Assembly (NCBI GenBank): GCA_022447585.1
Contig: JAKVAR010000009.1
Span: 57,133-121,132 of the forward strand
DNA length: 64,000 nt
Direction of reading: 5' to 3'
DNA from: Crocinitomicaceae bacterium
GTDB lineage: Bacteria; Bacteroidota; Bacteroidia; Flavobacteriales_D; Crocinitomicaceae
Position 1 is the stretch's first letter. Every line of letters begins with the position of its first letter. Below, one piece after another: positions 54,299-63,549 of this stretch. The position numbers and the translations under genes are program-made. The notes beneath the pieces were generated by a model. That model was not told where the DNA came from and made no database searches. It saw only the letters and a list, made by a program, of their open reading frames with translations.

Positions 54299-55316
54299 TA
54301 TTTCTTTATTGGGAAGTTGTTCTGATCCTATGTCTTCTTCTGATTCTATAGAAGGGACAACGATTTCTGGCGAGACGCAAGGGACAACCTTTAACGTTAT
54401 TATTGCTGAGTCTAAAACAGATGTGACAAAAGAACAATTGGACTCCTTATTTACAGCATTTGATAATAGTCTTTCAACTTACGTATCGACTTCAGTTATT
54501 TCTAAACTGAATAATTCAAAAGATTCAATATTAGTCATTGATAAAAGTGGATATTTTAAAGACTGTTATTCGATAAGTCAATCAATATACTCTTCTACTA
54601 ATGGTCTTTTTGATCCTTCTGTATTTCCACTAGTTAAAGGCTGGGGATTTATGTCCAACATGGAAACTCCTCTTAAAGAGGAATCGATTGATTCTATTTT
54701 GATGTTTGTTGGTTTTCAAAATAAATTACATCATGAGGTTTTGTTTTTGGGAGATGAAATTCAATTTTCAAAAATGAATGATTCATTTATGCTAGATTTT
54801 AACGCTATTGCGCAAGGTCAATCTGTTGATGTTGTAGATGATTTTTTAAAGTTGAAAGGACATTCAAATTACTACATTGAAATTGGTGGTGAGATTGTTG
54901 TTAGAGGAAAAAATAGAGAAGGCATTGATTGGAGAATTGGTGTGGATGTTCCTAAAGAGAATCAAAAAAATCGTGAGCTTGAGAACATAATATCTGTTAC
55001 TGAAAAAGCAATTGCAACTAGCGGGAATTATAGAAAATTCTATGTCAAAGATGGTGTGAAATACGCACATACATTAAACCCAAAAACGGGATACCCTGTT
55101 CGGCATTCTTTATTGAGCGCTACGGTTATTGCGAATAGTTGTGTGTTGGCAGATGGTTACGCAACGGCATTTATGGTAATGGGGACAGCCGAAACCATGA
55201 AATTTGTGAACAATAATTCTGATTTAAACTTAGATGTTTACCTCTTGAGTGCAGATGGAAAAGGGGGAATTGTTCGATCGATGTCTCCTGGCTTTGAAAA
55301 ATATATTGCAGATTAG
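54249..55316 (+). CDS. apbE: FAD:protein FMN transferase (ApbE family lipoprotein)
   Basis: Motifs GTTFNV, FDPSV.PLV..WGF, ..IATSGNYRKF......YAHTLNPKTGYP and DGYATAF. The lipoprotein signal MFGKKKRKVRIWNVIISISLLGSC is encoded in the 50 nt that overlap the upstream gene. Confidence 0.88.
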   Translation: MFGKKKRKVRIWNVIISISLLGSCSDPMSSSDSIEGTTISGETQGTTFNVIIAESKTDVTKEQLDSLFTAFDNSLSTYVSTSVISKLNNSKDSILVIDKSGYFKDCYSISQSIYSSTNGLFDPSVFPLVKGWGFMSNMETPLKEESIDSILMFVGFQNKLHHEVLFLGDEIQFSKMNDSFMLDFNAIAQGQSVDVVDDFLKLKGHSNYYIEIGGEIVVRGKNREGIDWRIGVDVPKENQKNRELENIISVTEKAIATSGNYRKFYVKDGVKYAHTLNPKTGYPVRHSLLSATVIANSCVLADGYATAFMVMGTAETMKFVNNNSDLNLDVYLLSADGKGGIVRSMSPGFEKYIAD

Positions 55317-55393
55317 GTTTTCCGCAATTAACTGTGGGTAACTAATCCTTTGAATGATATATAATCAGGCATTTTCAAGTAATTTCATATTTC

Positions 55394-55765
55394 ATGAGTG
55401 AGATTACAAAAAAGAAGAGAAATAAAGTGATTCTGTTGATTCTGTCAACACTGGTTTCGTGTCTTATTATAGCATATTATTGGTCTAACTCCTCTCTTTC
55501 AAGTATCTCCTTAGTTCCTATTTCAATCATGGCTTTAGCCTTGCTTTATATCCTAATTCAAATGGCGAAGCGATTCTTTGTTAAAGAACAAAATTGGTGG
55601 GACTGGTTGTACTATGTCGGTCTCTTGTCGATGATTACTCCTACTTTTTTCGCAAACAACTCGAATGAATATATATTCCACCTAGTCACTGATTACGGAA
55701 TTTTATTTCTATTAATACCTATCCTATTTGATGGGAAATCTCTTTTAAATGGAAACAGAAAATAA
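55394..55765 (+). CDS. Hypothetical membrane protein (4 TM)
   Basis: 123-aa hydrophobic ORF that overlaps the next gene by 17 nt. No family recognised. Confidence 0.5.
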   Translation: MSEITKKKRNKVILLILSTLVSCLIIAYYWSNSSLSSISLVPISIMALALLYILIQMAKRFFVKEQNWWDWLYYVGLLSMITPTFFANNSNEYIFHLVTDYGILFLLIPILFDGKSLLNGNRK

Positions 55766-57119
55766 GAACGTTCACTTCATAGCAATTGGAGGGAGTGCAA
55801 TGCATAATTTGGCCATCGCATTAAGTCGTAAAGGTATGAATGTAACTGGTTCGGATGATGAGATTTTTGAGCCGTCAAAATCACGACTGGATGCTCAAGG
55901 AATTTTACCATCTAATATCGGCTGGGATGAGAATTTAATTCATAAAGGATTGGATGCTGTAATTTTAGGGATGCATGCCCGAGAAAATAATCCGGAGTTA
56001 TTGAAAGCTAAAGAATTAAATATTCCAATTTTTTCCTATCCAGAATACTTATATGAGCAAAGTAAGCATAAGAAACGCGTTGTTATTGGTGGTTCTCATG
56101 GTAAAACGACAATTACTTCAATGTTGTTGCATGCGGTTAATGCAGTTGGAATGAATGTCGATTATATGGTTGGTGCTCAGTTGGAAGGGTACGATTGTAT
56201 GGTTAAAATTTCAGATGAAGCAGAAGTAATGATTTTGGAGGGGGATGAGTACCTGAGTTCACCCATTGATCATAGACCAAAGTTTCATTTGTATAATCCT
56301 CATGTAGCTCTAATTAGCGGTATTGCTTGGGATCATATTAATGTTTTTCCAACGTTTCAGAATTACTTAGAACAATTTGATTTGTTCTGCTCAATGATTG
56401 AAGGTAAAGGAACATTAATTTACAACACTGAAGATTCAGAAGTTAATTTACTAGGCTTAAAGTATAAGCATTCATTGAGTACAATACCTTATGCTACACC
56501 AACATATGTTGTTACAGAAAACGGAACAAGCTTGTATTTTGACGGTAAAAATTATGAATTGAAAATATTTGGCGGTCATAACCTTCAGAATTTAATTGGT
56601 GCGATGCATTTGGGTGAATCAATTGGTATTTCAAATGATAAGTTCTTAAATGCAATGTCAACTTTTACAGGGGCCGGAAAACGTTTGCAAAAAGTTGTAG
56701 AAAGTGAAAACTTCTTAATGTATAAAGATTTCGCGCATTCTCCAAGTAAATTGAAGGCTACAACAAAAGCGGTTAAAGAGCAGTATGCTTCAAGAAAGGT
56801 TGTTGCTTGTATGGAGTTACATACGTTTTCATCCTTAAAGAAAGAGTTTTTACCTCAATATAAAGACGCAATGAATGCTGCGGATGAAGCGATTGTTTAC
56901 TTTAGTCCTGAAGTTGTGAAGCATAAAAAGCTAGAAGAAATTACTGAACAGCAGGTGAGTGAGGGATTTGGAGGTAATGTTCGTGTAATGACAGAAACGA
57001 AAGAAGTACTTGATTTTATTCATAAGCAGGATTGGTCTGGTGCGGTATTATTGATGATGTCATCAGGGAACTTTGACGGGATTGATTATGATGCTTTAGG
57101 CGCAGAAATAAAGAAATAA
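55749..57119 (+). CDS. mpl: Mur ligase family protein, Mpl-like (UDP-N-acetylmuramate:tripeptide ligase)
   Basis: VHFIAIGGSAMHNLAIAL..G..VTGSD, GSHGKTTITSM, EGDEY and DFAHSPSKL align by eye to E. coli Mpl. Confidence 0.75.
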   Translation: METENKNVHFIAIGGSAMHNLAIALSRKGMNVTGSDDEIFEPSKSRLDAQGILPSNIGWDENLIHKGLDAVILGMHARENNPELLKAKELNIPIFSYPEYLYEQSKHKKRVVIGGSHGKTTITSMLLHAVNAVGMNVDYMVGAQLEGYDCMVKISDEAEVMILEGDEYLSSPIDHRPKFHLYNPHVALISGIAWDHINVFPTFQNYLEQFDLFCSMIEGKGTLIYNTEDSEVNLLGLKYKHSLSTIPYATPTYVVTENGTSLYFDGKNYELKIFGGHNLQNLIGAMHLGESIGISNDKFLNAMSTFTGAGKRLQKVVESENFLMYKDFAHSPSKLKATTKAVKEQYASRKVVACMELHTFSSLKKEFLPQYKDAMNAADEAIVYFSPEVVKHKKLEEITEQQVSEGFGGNVRVMTETKEVLDFIHKQDWSGAVLLMMSSGNFDGIDYDALGAEIKK

Positions 57120-57417
57120 TTTACTGCAACTTCTAGGTTTGTTGAGATTTAATTTGCTTCAGTAACTACTGATTAAAGAAATATCGCATATTCCATTCTA
57201 AAAACAATAGCGTAATCTTTAAGGGCATGCCATGAACTTCTAAATCTGAAATTGAAAAGAACACTATTACAAAGCATTCTATCCAATTCATTATCAGGAT
57301 GAAGTTCTTCTGCTATTTTCAAACGTTATACTGTCCGTTTCAAAGGAATAAAAATGTTCTTTTTATGATTGATTTGGAAGGAAATGATTGTTTTGGCCCA
57401 GAAAATGCAGTGCACTT

Positions 57418-58449
57418 TTAAGTTTTGAATTTAAGGGCTTCAGAACGACCTTTCTTAAATATTTTGTTGCTGACAGATTTTCCTTTACGCATCTCTTTCT
57501 GAACATCCTCTGGTAACGCATTCACTTCTTTACATTCACTTGAGCAACAATTGTCCATCTCTTTAGCACATTTCTCACATTGAATGAAGAGCAGATGACA
57601 GGCTTGATTTGCACAGTTCGTATGAGTGTCGCACGGTTCTCCACATTGGTGACAAACAGAGATTACATCATCAGATACACGTTCGCTTCGACGTTCGTCA
57701 AATACAAAGTTTTTCCCTTTGAACTTATTCTCTAATTCTTGCTCTTTTACCTGACGCACGTATTCTATAATTCCACCTTCAAGTTGATATACATTTTTAA
57801 ACCCTTTGTGTTTATAGTAGGCGCTTGCTTTCTCGCAACGAATTCCACCGGTGCAATACATTACGAGGTTTTTATCTTCCTTATGTTCTTTTAAATCTTC
57901 TTCAATAATATCTAAAGAGTCACGAAAGGTATCTACATCTGGCGTAATTGCCCCATCGAAATGACCAATTTCACTTTCATAGTGATTACGCATATCTACA
58001 AGAATAGTATTCTCTTGAGCAATGATTTCGTTGAATTCTTTTGCTTTTAAATGTGTTCCAATATCAGTAACATCAAACGTGTCGTCATCTAGTCCATCAG
58101 CGACAATCTTTTTCCGTACTTTAACTTTCAATTTCAAGAACGACTTATTGTCTTGTTCTATCGCAATATTTAAGCGCACTCCTTTTAAGAACGTGATGGT
58201 GTCAAGGTGTTTCTTAAATTCCTTGAATCTTTTTGCTGGAACAGAAATTTGAGCATTTATTCCCTCATTTGAAACATAAGTACGTCCTAAAACGTCTAAT
58301 TCGTTCCAGGCGATAAATAAGCTATCTCTAAAAACTTGAGGATTTCCAATTTGGTGGTACTGATAAAAAGAAATTGTCAAACGCCTTTCTCCCGCTCGAT
58401 CAATCATTTCAGCTCTTTCTATCGCACTTAATTTATTATACAGTTGCAT
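57418..58449 (-). CDS. trhO: Rhodanese-domain tRNA uridine(34) hydroxylase (TrhO/YceA family) with Cys-rich C-terminus
   Basis: MQLYNKLSAIERAEMI..LTISFYQY.., with a rhodanese active-site loop YCTGGIRCEKAS and a C-terminal C-rich tail. I moved the start from TTG 58512 to ATG 58449 because a -7 box lies at 58483-58490. Confidence 0.85.
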   Translation of the reverse strand: MQLYNKLSAIERAEMIDRAGERRLTISFYQYHQIGNPQVFRDSLFIAWNELDVLGRTYVSNEGINAQISVPAKRFKEFKKHLDTITFLKGVRLNIAIEQDNKSFLKLKVKVRKKIVADGLDDDTFDVTDIGTHLKAKEFNEIIAQENTILVDMRNHYESEIGHFDGAITPDVDTFRDSLDIIEEDLKEHKEDKNLVMYCTGGIRCEKASAYYKHKGFKNVYQLEGGIIEYVRQVKEQELENKFKGKNFVFDERRSERVSDDVISVCHQCGEPCDTHTNCANQACHLLFIQCEKCAKEMDNCCSSECKEVNALPEDVQKEMRKGKSVSNKIFKKGRSEALKFKT

Positions 58450-58482
58450 GCTATATCGTTTATTAAATTCGATTAATTGCTG

Positions 58483-58490
58483 CAAAGATA
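58483..58490 (-). promoter_or_regulatory. Candidate -7 promoter box (TATCTTTG on minus strand) for trhO
   Basis: Exact TAnnTTTG match 34 nt upstream of the ATG at 58449. Confidence 0.45.
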
Positions 58491-58589
58491 AGCTATTCTG
58501 GCTATTCGGCAAATAGCATCGATGTATCCTTGTTTTTTTAATTAAACCTTAGTACTAGGGAGGAAATAGTAACAGGTTTAATACATCAA

Positions 58590-58623
58590 AGGCGCCACAG
58601 TGAATTATTCTAACTGGGCGCCT
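58590..58623 (-). terminator. Possible terminator after the rho-DUF4199 pair
   Basis: GC-rich 7-bp stem AGGCGCC/GGCGCCT with a 20-nt loop, followed on the minus strand by TTTGATGTATT. The T-tract is weak. Confidence 0.35.
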
Positions 58624-58674
58624 CAGTATTATTTAATAACGGAAATTGGTTTTTCCAATATGGAGCATTTATTT

Positions 58675-59226
58675 TTATTTAAAAACAATTCTTCGGTAAA
58701 CGATAGTAATAAATATACTGTTCATAGTTGATAAGAGTAACATGGCTAACATGGACACTGTCATTGTTGAAGTTGGGCTGTAAAACCCTCTAGGCCCTTG
58801 AATTAACTTTTGATATATTTCATCCTTAGGCATTACTTCAAATTCAGCATTTGATTTCTTAACCTCAGCTAAACCTTCAGGAGTCGAAATCATTTTTTCA
58901 ATACCTACTTCAGCTTCGGCAATTTGATGTGCATTAAATTCTGGATCAATTTTGGAATAGTAGAAGAAAATGAAAATTGAAACCAAAACAGCATAAGGGA
59001 CACCTGCCGACATTGCATTTTTTATGTCTCTGAGTGCATTACCCTCTTCAGTATCTTGTCTTTTTTGTTTGTATAGTCCAATAGAAATTGCAAGTAATAA
59101 ACAAAGTATGTTTAACATTACAGCGGGAACAACGTCATACTTAAACGCTCCTGTCACGAATAATGTCATTTTAATCGCCATCCAAATGAGGGCGAAAAGA
59201 ACTCCAATTTTTATGGTAATTTTCAT
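58675..59226 (-). CDS. DUF4199-like membrane protein
   Basis: 183 aa. The N-terminal sequence MKITIKIGVLFALIWMAIKMTLFV and a 4-TM layout are typical of this Bacteroidota family. It lies 9 nt downstream of rho. Confidence 0.7.
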   Translation of the reverse strand: MKITIKIGVLFALIWMAIKMTLFVTGAFKYDVVPAVMLNILCLLLAISIGLYKQKRQDTEEGNALRDIKNAMSAGVPYAVLVSIFIFFYYSKIDPEFNAHQIAEAEVGIEKMISTPEGLAEVKKSNAEFEVMPKDEIYQKLIQGPRGFYSPTSTMTVSMLAMLLLSTMNSIFITIVYRRIVFK

Positions 59227-59235
59227 GCTTTTAAA

Positions 59236-60930
59236 TTAGCTATTCATGGTTACCAAGAATTCTTCGTTAGACTGAGTATTACTCATTCTATCTTTCATAA
59301 ATTCCATAGCTTCAACTGGATTCATATCGGCGATGAATTTACGCATCAACCAAATTCTTTGAAGAACGTCTTTATCCATCAATAAATCTTCTCTACGCGT
59401 TCCTGATGATGTGATATCAATAGCAGGGTAGATTCTTCTATTAGAAATCTTACGGTCTAGTTGAAGTTCCATGTTTCCAGTTCCTTTGAATTCCTCAAAG
59501 ATTACTTCATCCATTTTAGATCCCGTTTCAGTCAAGGCTGTTGCAATGATTGATAATGAGCCTCCGTTTTCAATTTTACGAGCTGAACCGAAGAAACGTT
59601 TTGGTTTGTGAAGTGCATTAGCATCCACACCACCAGATAATACCTTTCCAGATGCGGGAGATACTGTGTTATATGCTCTAGCTAAACGCGTAATAGAATC
59701 TAGTAACACACAAACATCGTGTCCACACTCAACCATTCTCTTCGCTTTTTCAAGAACCATGTTTGCAACTTTTACATGACGATCCGCTGGCTCATCAAAT
59801 GTGGAAGCAATTACTTCGGCATTAACTGACCTGGCCATATCTGTGACCTCTTCTGGTCGCTCATCAATAAGCAATACAATTAAATATGTTTCAGGATGGT
59901 TAGCCGCAATTGCGTTAGCTACATCCTTAAGCAGCATTGTTTTCCCTGTCTTAGGTTGGGCTACGATCATTCCACGCTGTCCTTTTCCAATAGGGGCAAA
60001 TAAATCCATTACACGCGTTGATAATGTCTCTTGCGAATGCCCAGTTAACTTGAATTTCTCATCTGGGAAAAGCGGAGTTAAATATTGAAATGGCACGCGG
60101 TCACGAATGTAAGAAGGATGTCTGCCGTTGATGGATTCTACTTTTACTAATGGGAAGAATTTTTCTCCTTCACGTGGAGGCCGAATTGTTCCTACAACTG
60201 TATCACCGGTCTTTAAACCAAACAGTTTAACCTGACTTTGAGATACATAAATATCATCAGGAGAAGATAAGTAGTTATAATCAGAAGATCTTAGGAAACC
60301 ATAGCCGTCTTGCATTACTTCCAATACACCTTCAGCGGTAACAATACCAACTAAGTTGTACATTTCTTCTTCCTCTTTCGTATGACGTCGTTGATTGTTA
60401 TTTCTGTTTCCGTTGTTACGATCGTTGCGGTTATCGTTACGATTGTTATTGCGGTTTTTGTTTTGATTTCTATCTCCTTTATCTTGTCTTGGAGTGTTAC
60501 CTTCTGGCTTAGAATCTTGTCTTTGCGGTTTGCGCTCTACCTCTTTTTTTTGACTGTCGTTTTTGGCTTGGTCAATTTTAGAGTTCTCAGGAGTAGCCTT
60601 TTTTGCTGCCACTTCCTGTAAAGTTTCCTTTTTGCGAGGAGCTTTCTTTTCTGGTTTTGAATCCGTCTTTACTTCTACTTTTTTCTCGTCCTTATTATCT
60701 TCAAAGAGAGTAGGAGTTTTATCTTGAGAACCTTCGCCAGAATCGGCCATTACTTTTTTACGGGTTCTTTTGCGTTTTGGCTTATCCTCTTCAGCAGGCA
60801 CATCAGTCGATTTTATTAATGTTGATAGAAGCTCTGCTTTTTTCATTGATTTAAAACCCTCTAACCCTGAAGATTTTGCTATTTCTCTAAGTTCAGCAAT
60901 TTTCTTGCCTTCCAATTCATTTTTATCCAT
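59236..60930 (-). CDS. rho: Transcription termination factor Rho with long low-complexity N-terminal insertion
   Basis: Rho_N helix bundle ([18 protein letters not shown]), CSD-like [15 protein letters not shown] and Walker [16 protein letters not shown]. aa ~41-195 are K/E/P/N/R-rich. Confidence 0.95.
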   Translation of the reverse strand: MDKNELEGKKIAELREIAKSSGLEGFKSMKKAELLSTLIKSTDVPAEEDKPKRKRTRKKVMADSGEGSQDKTPTLFEDNKDEKKVEVKTDSKPEKKAPRKKETLQEVAAKKATPENSKIDQAKNDSQKKEVERKPQRQDSKPEGNTPRQDKGDRNQNKNRNNNRNDNRNDRNNGNRNNNQRRHTKEEEEMYNLVGIVTAEGVLEVMQDGYGFLRSSDYNYLSSPDDIYVSQSQVKLFGLKTGDTVVGTIRPPREGEKFFPLVKVESINGRHPSYIRDRVPFQYLTPLFPDEKFKLTGHSQETLSTRVMDLFAPIGKGQRGMIVAQPKTGKTMLLKDVANAIAANHPETYLIVLLIDERPEEVTDMARSVNAEVIASTFDEPADRHVKVANMVLEKAKRMVECGHDVCVLLDSITRLARAYNTVSPASGKVLSGGVDANALHKPKRFFGSARKIENGGSLSIIATALTETGSKMDEVIFEEFKGTGNMELQLDRKISNRRIYPAIDITSSGTRREDLLMDKDVLQRIWLMRKFIADMNPVEAMEFMKDRMSNTQSNEEFLVTMNS

Positions 60931-61083
60931 AGATAAAGTACTAAAAAAAAATATTGTGATTGAAATCTAAATGTTTTCTGGATTTTGTTCGCGTTATTTT
61001 GATTAATTCGCGATTCGATATGCAATATTAACAATTTTATTGAATTGTACAAATCCCATTTTACTTAATGTTCTTAACAAGTT

Positions 61084-61091
61084 TATGTTTG
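61084..61091 (+). promoter_or_regulatory. Candidate -7 promoter box TATGTTTG for the DAACS transporter
   Basis: TAnnTTTG match 60 nt upstream of the ATG at 61151. Confidence 0.35.
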
Positions 61092-61150
61092 TTAAGTCGA
61101 AGACTATTGCTAGTAAGAGAAATTAGTAAGGGAATTGTTATATTCACGAC

Positions 61151-62554
61151 ATGGGAAAACTAGCATTACATTGGAAAATTCTGATTGCTATGGTATTAGG
61201 GGTTTTGTGGTCTTTAATTTCAGGTGCATATGGTTTAAATGGTTTTACGGCTAATTGGATTGATCCTTTCGGAACGATTTTCATTAATATCTTAAAATTT
61301 ATAGCAATACCATTAGTTTTGTTTTCAATTATTACCGGTGTTGCCGGGTTAGGTGATCCTTCGCAATTGGGTAGAATGGGAGCAAAGACTTTAGGGTTAT
61401 ATCTTGTAACAACTGTTTTTTCGGTGAGCATGGGGTTGCTAATCGTTAATGTTTTTGTTCCAGGAAATAATTCGAATGAAGAAACGAAAGTTAATCACCG
61501 CTTAGAATACGAAGTATGGGCTTATGATAATGACATTGAAATCAAAGATGGGCGCAACCTTATGGCGACGGTTGATGATGAAAAGCTAGAAGAAATTCGA
61601 AAAAAGCTTAATTCGGATATGGAGAAGGACGATTATAAAAAGATGTCCGAAAAAAATGCTCAGAAAAATGCAAATAAAAAGCAAGGGCCGCTTCAACCAC
61701 TAGTTGATATGGTTCCTAGTAACCTGGTGCAAGCGCTAGGGAATGGTAAGTTGATGTTGCAGGTGATTTTCTTCTCCTTATTCTTTGGTATTGCTATGAT
61801 TATGATGCCTAAAGAAAAGACAGAATCTGTTCGAAACTTTTTTGATGGAATGAATGAGATTTTTGTGAAAATGGTTCATATGGTTATGAATTTTGCACCA
61901 TTCTTTGTGTTTTGTTTGATGGCAGGTGTATTAGCTAAGTCTGCCGACACTTTAGATGAATTGATTGAGATCTTTATTCAGCTTGGATATTATACTTTGA
62001 TTGTATTTGGTGGACTGATGACTATGCTTTTTGGTTTCTATCCATTAATGTTGAAAGTGTTTGGAGTGAACATCGGATATAGAGAATTCTTCAAGGGGAT
62101 GAGTCCTGCTCAATTCTTAGCTTTCTCAACCAGTTCCAGTGCCGCAACACTGCCGGTTACGATCGAGTGTGTTAATGAAAATTTGAAGGTTCCTGAAAAA
62201 GTTAGTGATTTTGTATTGCCTATTGGTGCGACTGTAAATATGGATGGAACCTCATTATATCAGGCTGTTGCCGTTATTTTCTTGGCTCAGTACCATGATG
62301 TTGATTTGAGTTTAATGCAACAATTAGGTATTGTGGCTACTGCGACGTTGGCTTCTATTGGCGCGGCTGCTGTTCCAAGTGCAGGATTGATCATGTTAAT
62401 GATTGTGCTTGATTCGATAGGTTTAAATCCGTTATGGGTAGCTATTGTATTTCCAGTAGATAGAATTTTAGATATGTGTAGAACTGTAATTAACGTTACA
62501 AGTGATGCTACGGTCTCTGCGATTATTGCAAAGAGCGAGAAATTGATGAAATAA
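61151..62554 (+). CDS. Dicarboxylate/amino acid:cation symporter (DAACS, GltP-like)
   Basis: Motifs FSTSSSAATLP, NMDGT and AAVPSAG, within a typical 8 TM + 2 hairpin layout. Confidence 0.9.
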   Translation: MGKLALHWKILIAMVLGVLWSLISGAYGLNGFTANWIDPFGTIFINILKFIAIPLVLFSIITGVAGLGDPSQLGRMGAKTLGLYLVTTVFSVSMGLLIVNVFVPGNNSNEETKVNHRLEYEVWAYDNDIEIKDGRNLMATVDDEKLEEIRKKLNSDMEKDDYKKMSEKNAQKNANKKQGPLQPLVDMVPSNLVQALGNGKLMLQVIFFSLFFGIAMIMMPKEKTESVRNFFDGMNEIFVKMVHMVMNFAPFFVFCLMAGVLAKSADTLDELIEIFIQLGYYTLIVFGGLMTMLFGFYPLMLKVFGVNIGYREFFKGMSPAQFLAFSTSSSAATLPVTIECVNENLKVPEKVSDFVLPIGATVNMDGTSLYQAVAVIFLAQYHDVDLSLMQQLGIVATATLASIGAAAVPSAGLIMLMIVLDSIGLNPLWVAIVFPVDRILDMCRTVINVTSDATVSAIIAKSEKLMK

Positions 62555-62565
62555 AATAGATTCTG

Positions 62566-63549
62566 TTGAAGGTAATATCGACATTGACCCTTGGTGTTCT
62601 TATCCTCTTTGGATGTGCAATGAAAATTCAAGCTGTAAATGAGACTGAATTTACAGAATATTCTTATCTAGAGTCGGGGAAAAATAATACTATTAGAGTT
62701 AAAGGGAAAAAAATTGATTCAATTTCAGTTGGGAGATTCGAAAGGATTAAGAGAAAATTATATAGGATTAAGACCGAAGAAACAATTACACCTGAAAAGG
62801 TTTGGATTTATAATAAAAAAAAACTGTTTGGGACATCAGATAGTCTCTATTTGATATCCTCTAAACCTCCTGTTTATGAAGCAAGGTTGTTTCCTTTGGA
62901 AATTAGAGATTCTATACACTTTGATAACTTAAGGTTTTTGAAATATAAGCTCATAACCGATTCTAACTCTTTCGACAATCGTACTAAAAATGTTGACATT
63001 GTTTATTTACATCTTGATTCAATCCCGCATTCATTCGGATATGATGGTTTTGATCACCACATGATAGCAAACCTTTTTGAGGACAAGCCGAATAGGATTT
63101 ATATTGATTCTATTCAATATAGGAGTAACCTAATATTAGAAAGCGAAATAATTAACAAAACTTTAATAGTTGATTACCCTGAATATAATTTATTCTCTAA
63201 GCTTGATTCAACTAAGAGTTTTTGGAATATATCTTTTAAGTCTATAGTATTTTTGAATATCGGCTTAAAAAATGATTTAGATACATTAAATGAAGTGCTA
63301 TACTTTGGTGCACATAATACTGAAGGAGTTAGCTACCCATATGAAGACCATTATTTTATGAATATGGGTGGTTTAAATGGGCTGAATAAAATTGTAGTTA
63401 AAAATAAATTAGGTGAAACTTTATTTGATAGAGTAATCAATGGAATGAATCATAGAATCGAAGACCTTTTTGATTCGTATGGGTATGATGAAATTTTTGT
63501 AACAGTCAGGGGGGACTACCATTGGGATATTCACATAATATTTGTATGA
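62566..63549 (+). CDS. Hypothetical lipoprotein
   Basis: TTG start and lipobox LILFGC. No family recognised. Confidence 0.5.
   Translation: MKVISTLTLGVLILFGCAMKIQAVNETEFTEYSYLESGKNNTIRVKGKKIDSISVGRFERIKRKLYRIKTEETITPEKVWIYNKKKLFGTSDSLYLISSKPPVYEARLFPLEIRDSIHFDNLRFLKYKLITDSNSFDNRTKNVDIVYLHLDSIPHSFGYDGFDHHMIANLFEDKPNRIYIDSIQYRSNLILESEIINKTLIVDYPEYNLFSKLDSTKSFWNISFKSIVFLNIGLKNDLDTLNEVLYFGAHNTEGVSYPYEDHYFMNMGGLNGLNKIVVKNKLGETLFDRVINGMNHRIEDLFDSYGYDEIFVTVRGDYHWDIHIIFV

Noticed and set aside
58541-58580. Inverted repeat TTAAACCT...AGGTTTAA (24-nt loop) upstream of trhO as a regulatory hairpin.
   Set aside because: The stem is only 8 bp and AT-rich with a long loop. It lies upstream of the predicted -7 box, so it is probably not transcribed with trhO, and the evidence is insufficient.
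60385-60480. Reiterated GTTACGAT/GTTATTGCGG DNA units as a CRISPR-like or VNTR non-coding repeat.
   Set aside because: They lie inside the uninterrupted rho reading frame and simply encode the (N/D)R-rich tract. There is no spacer-repeat regularity.
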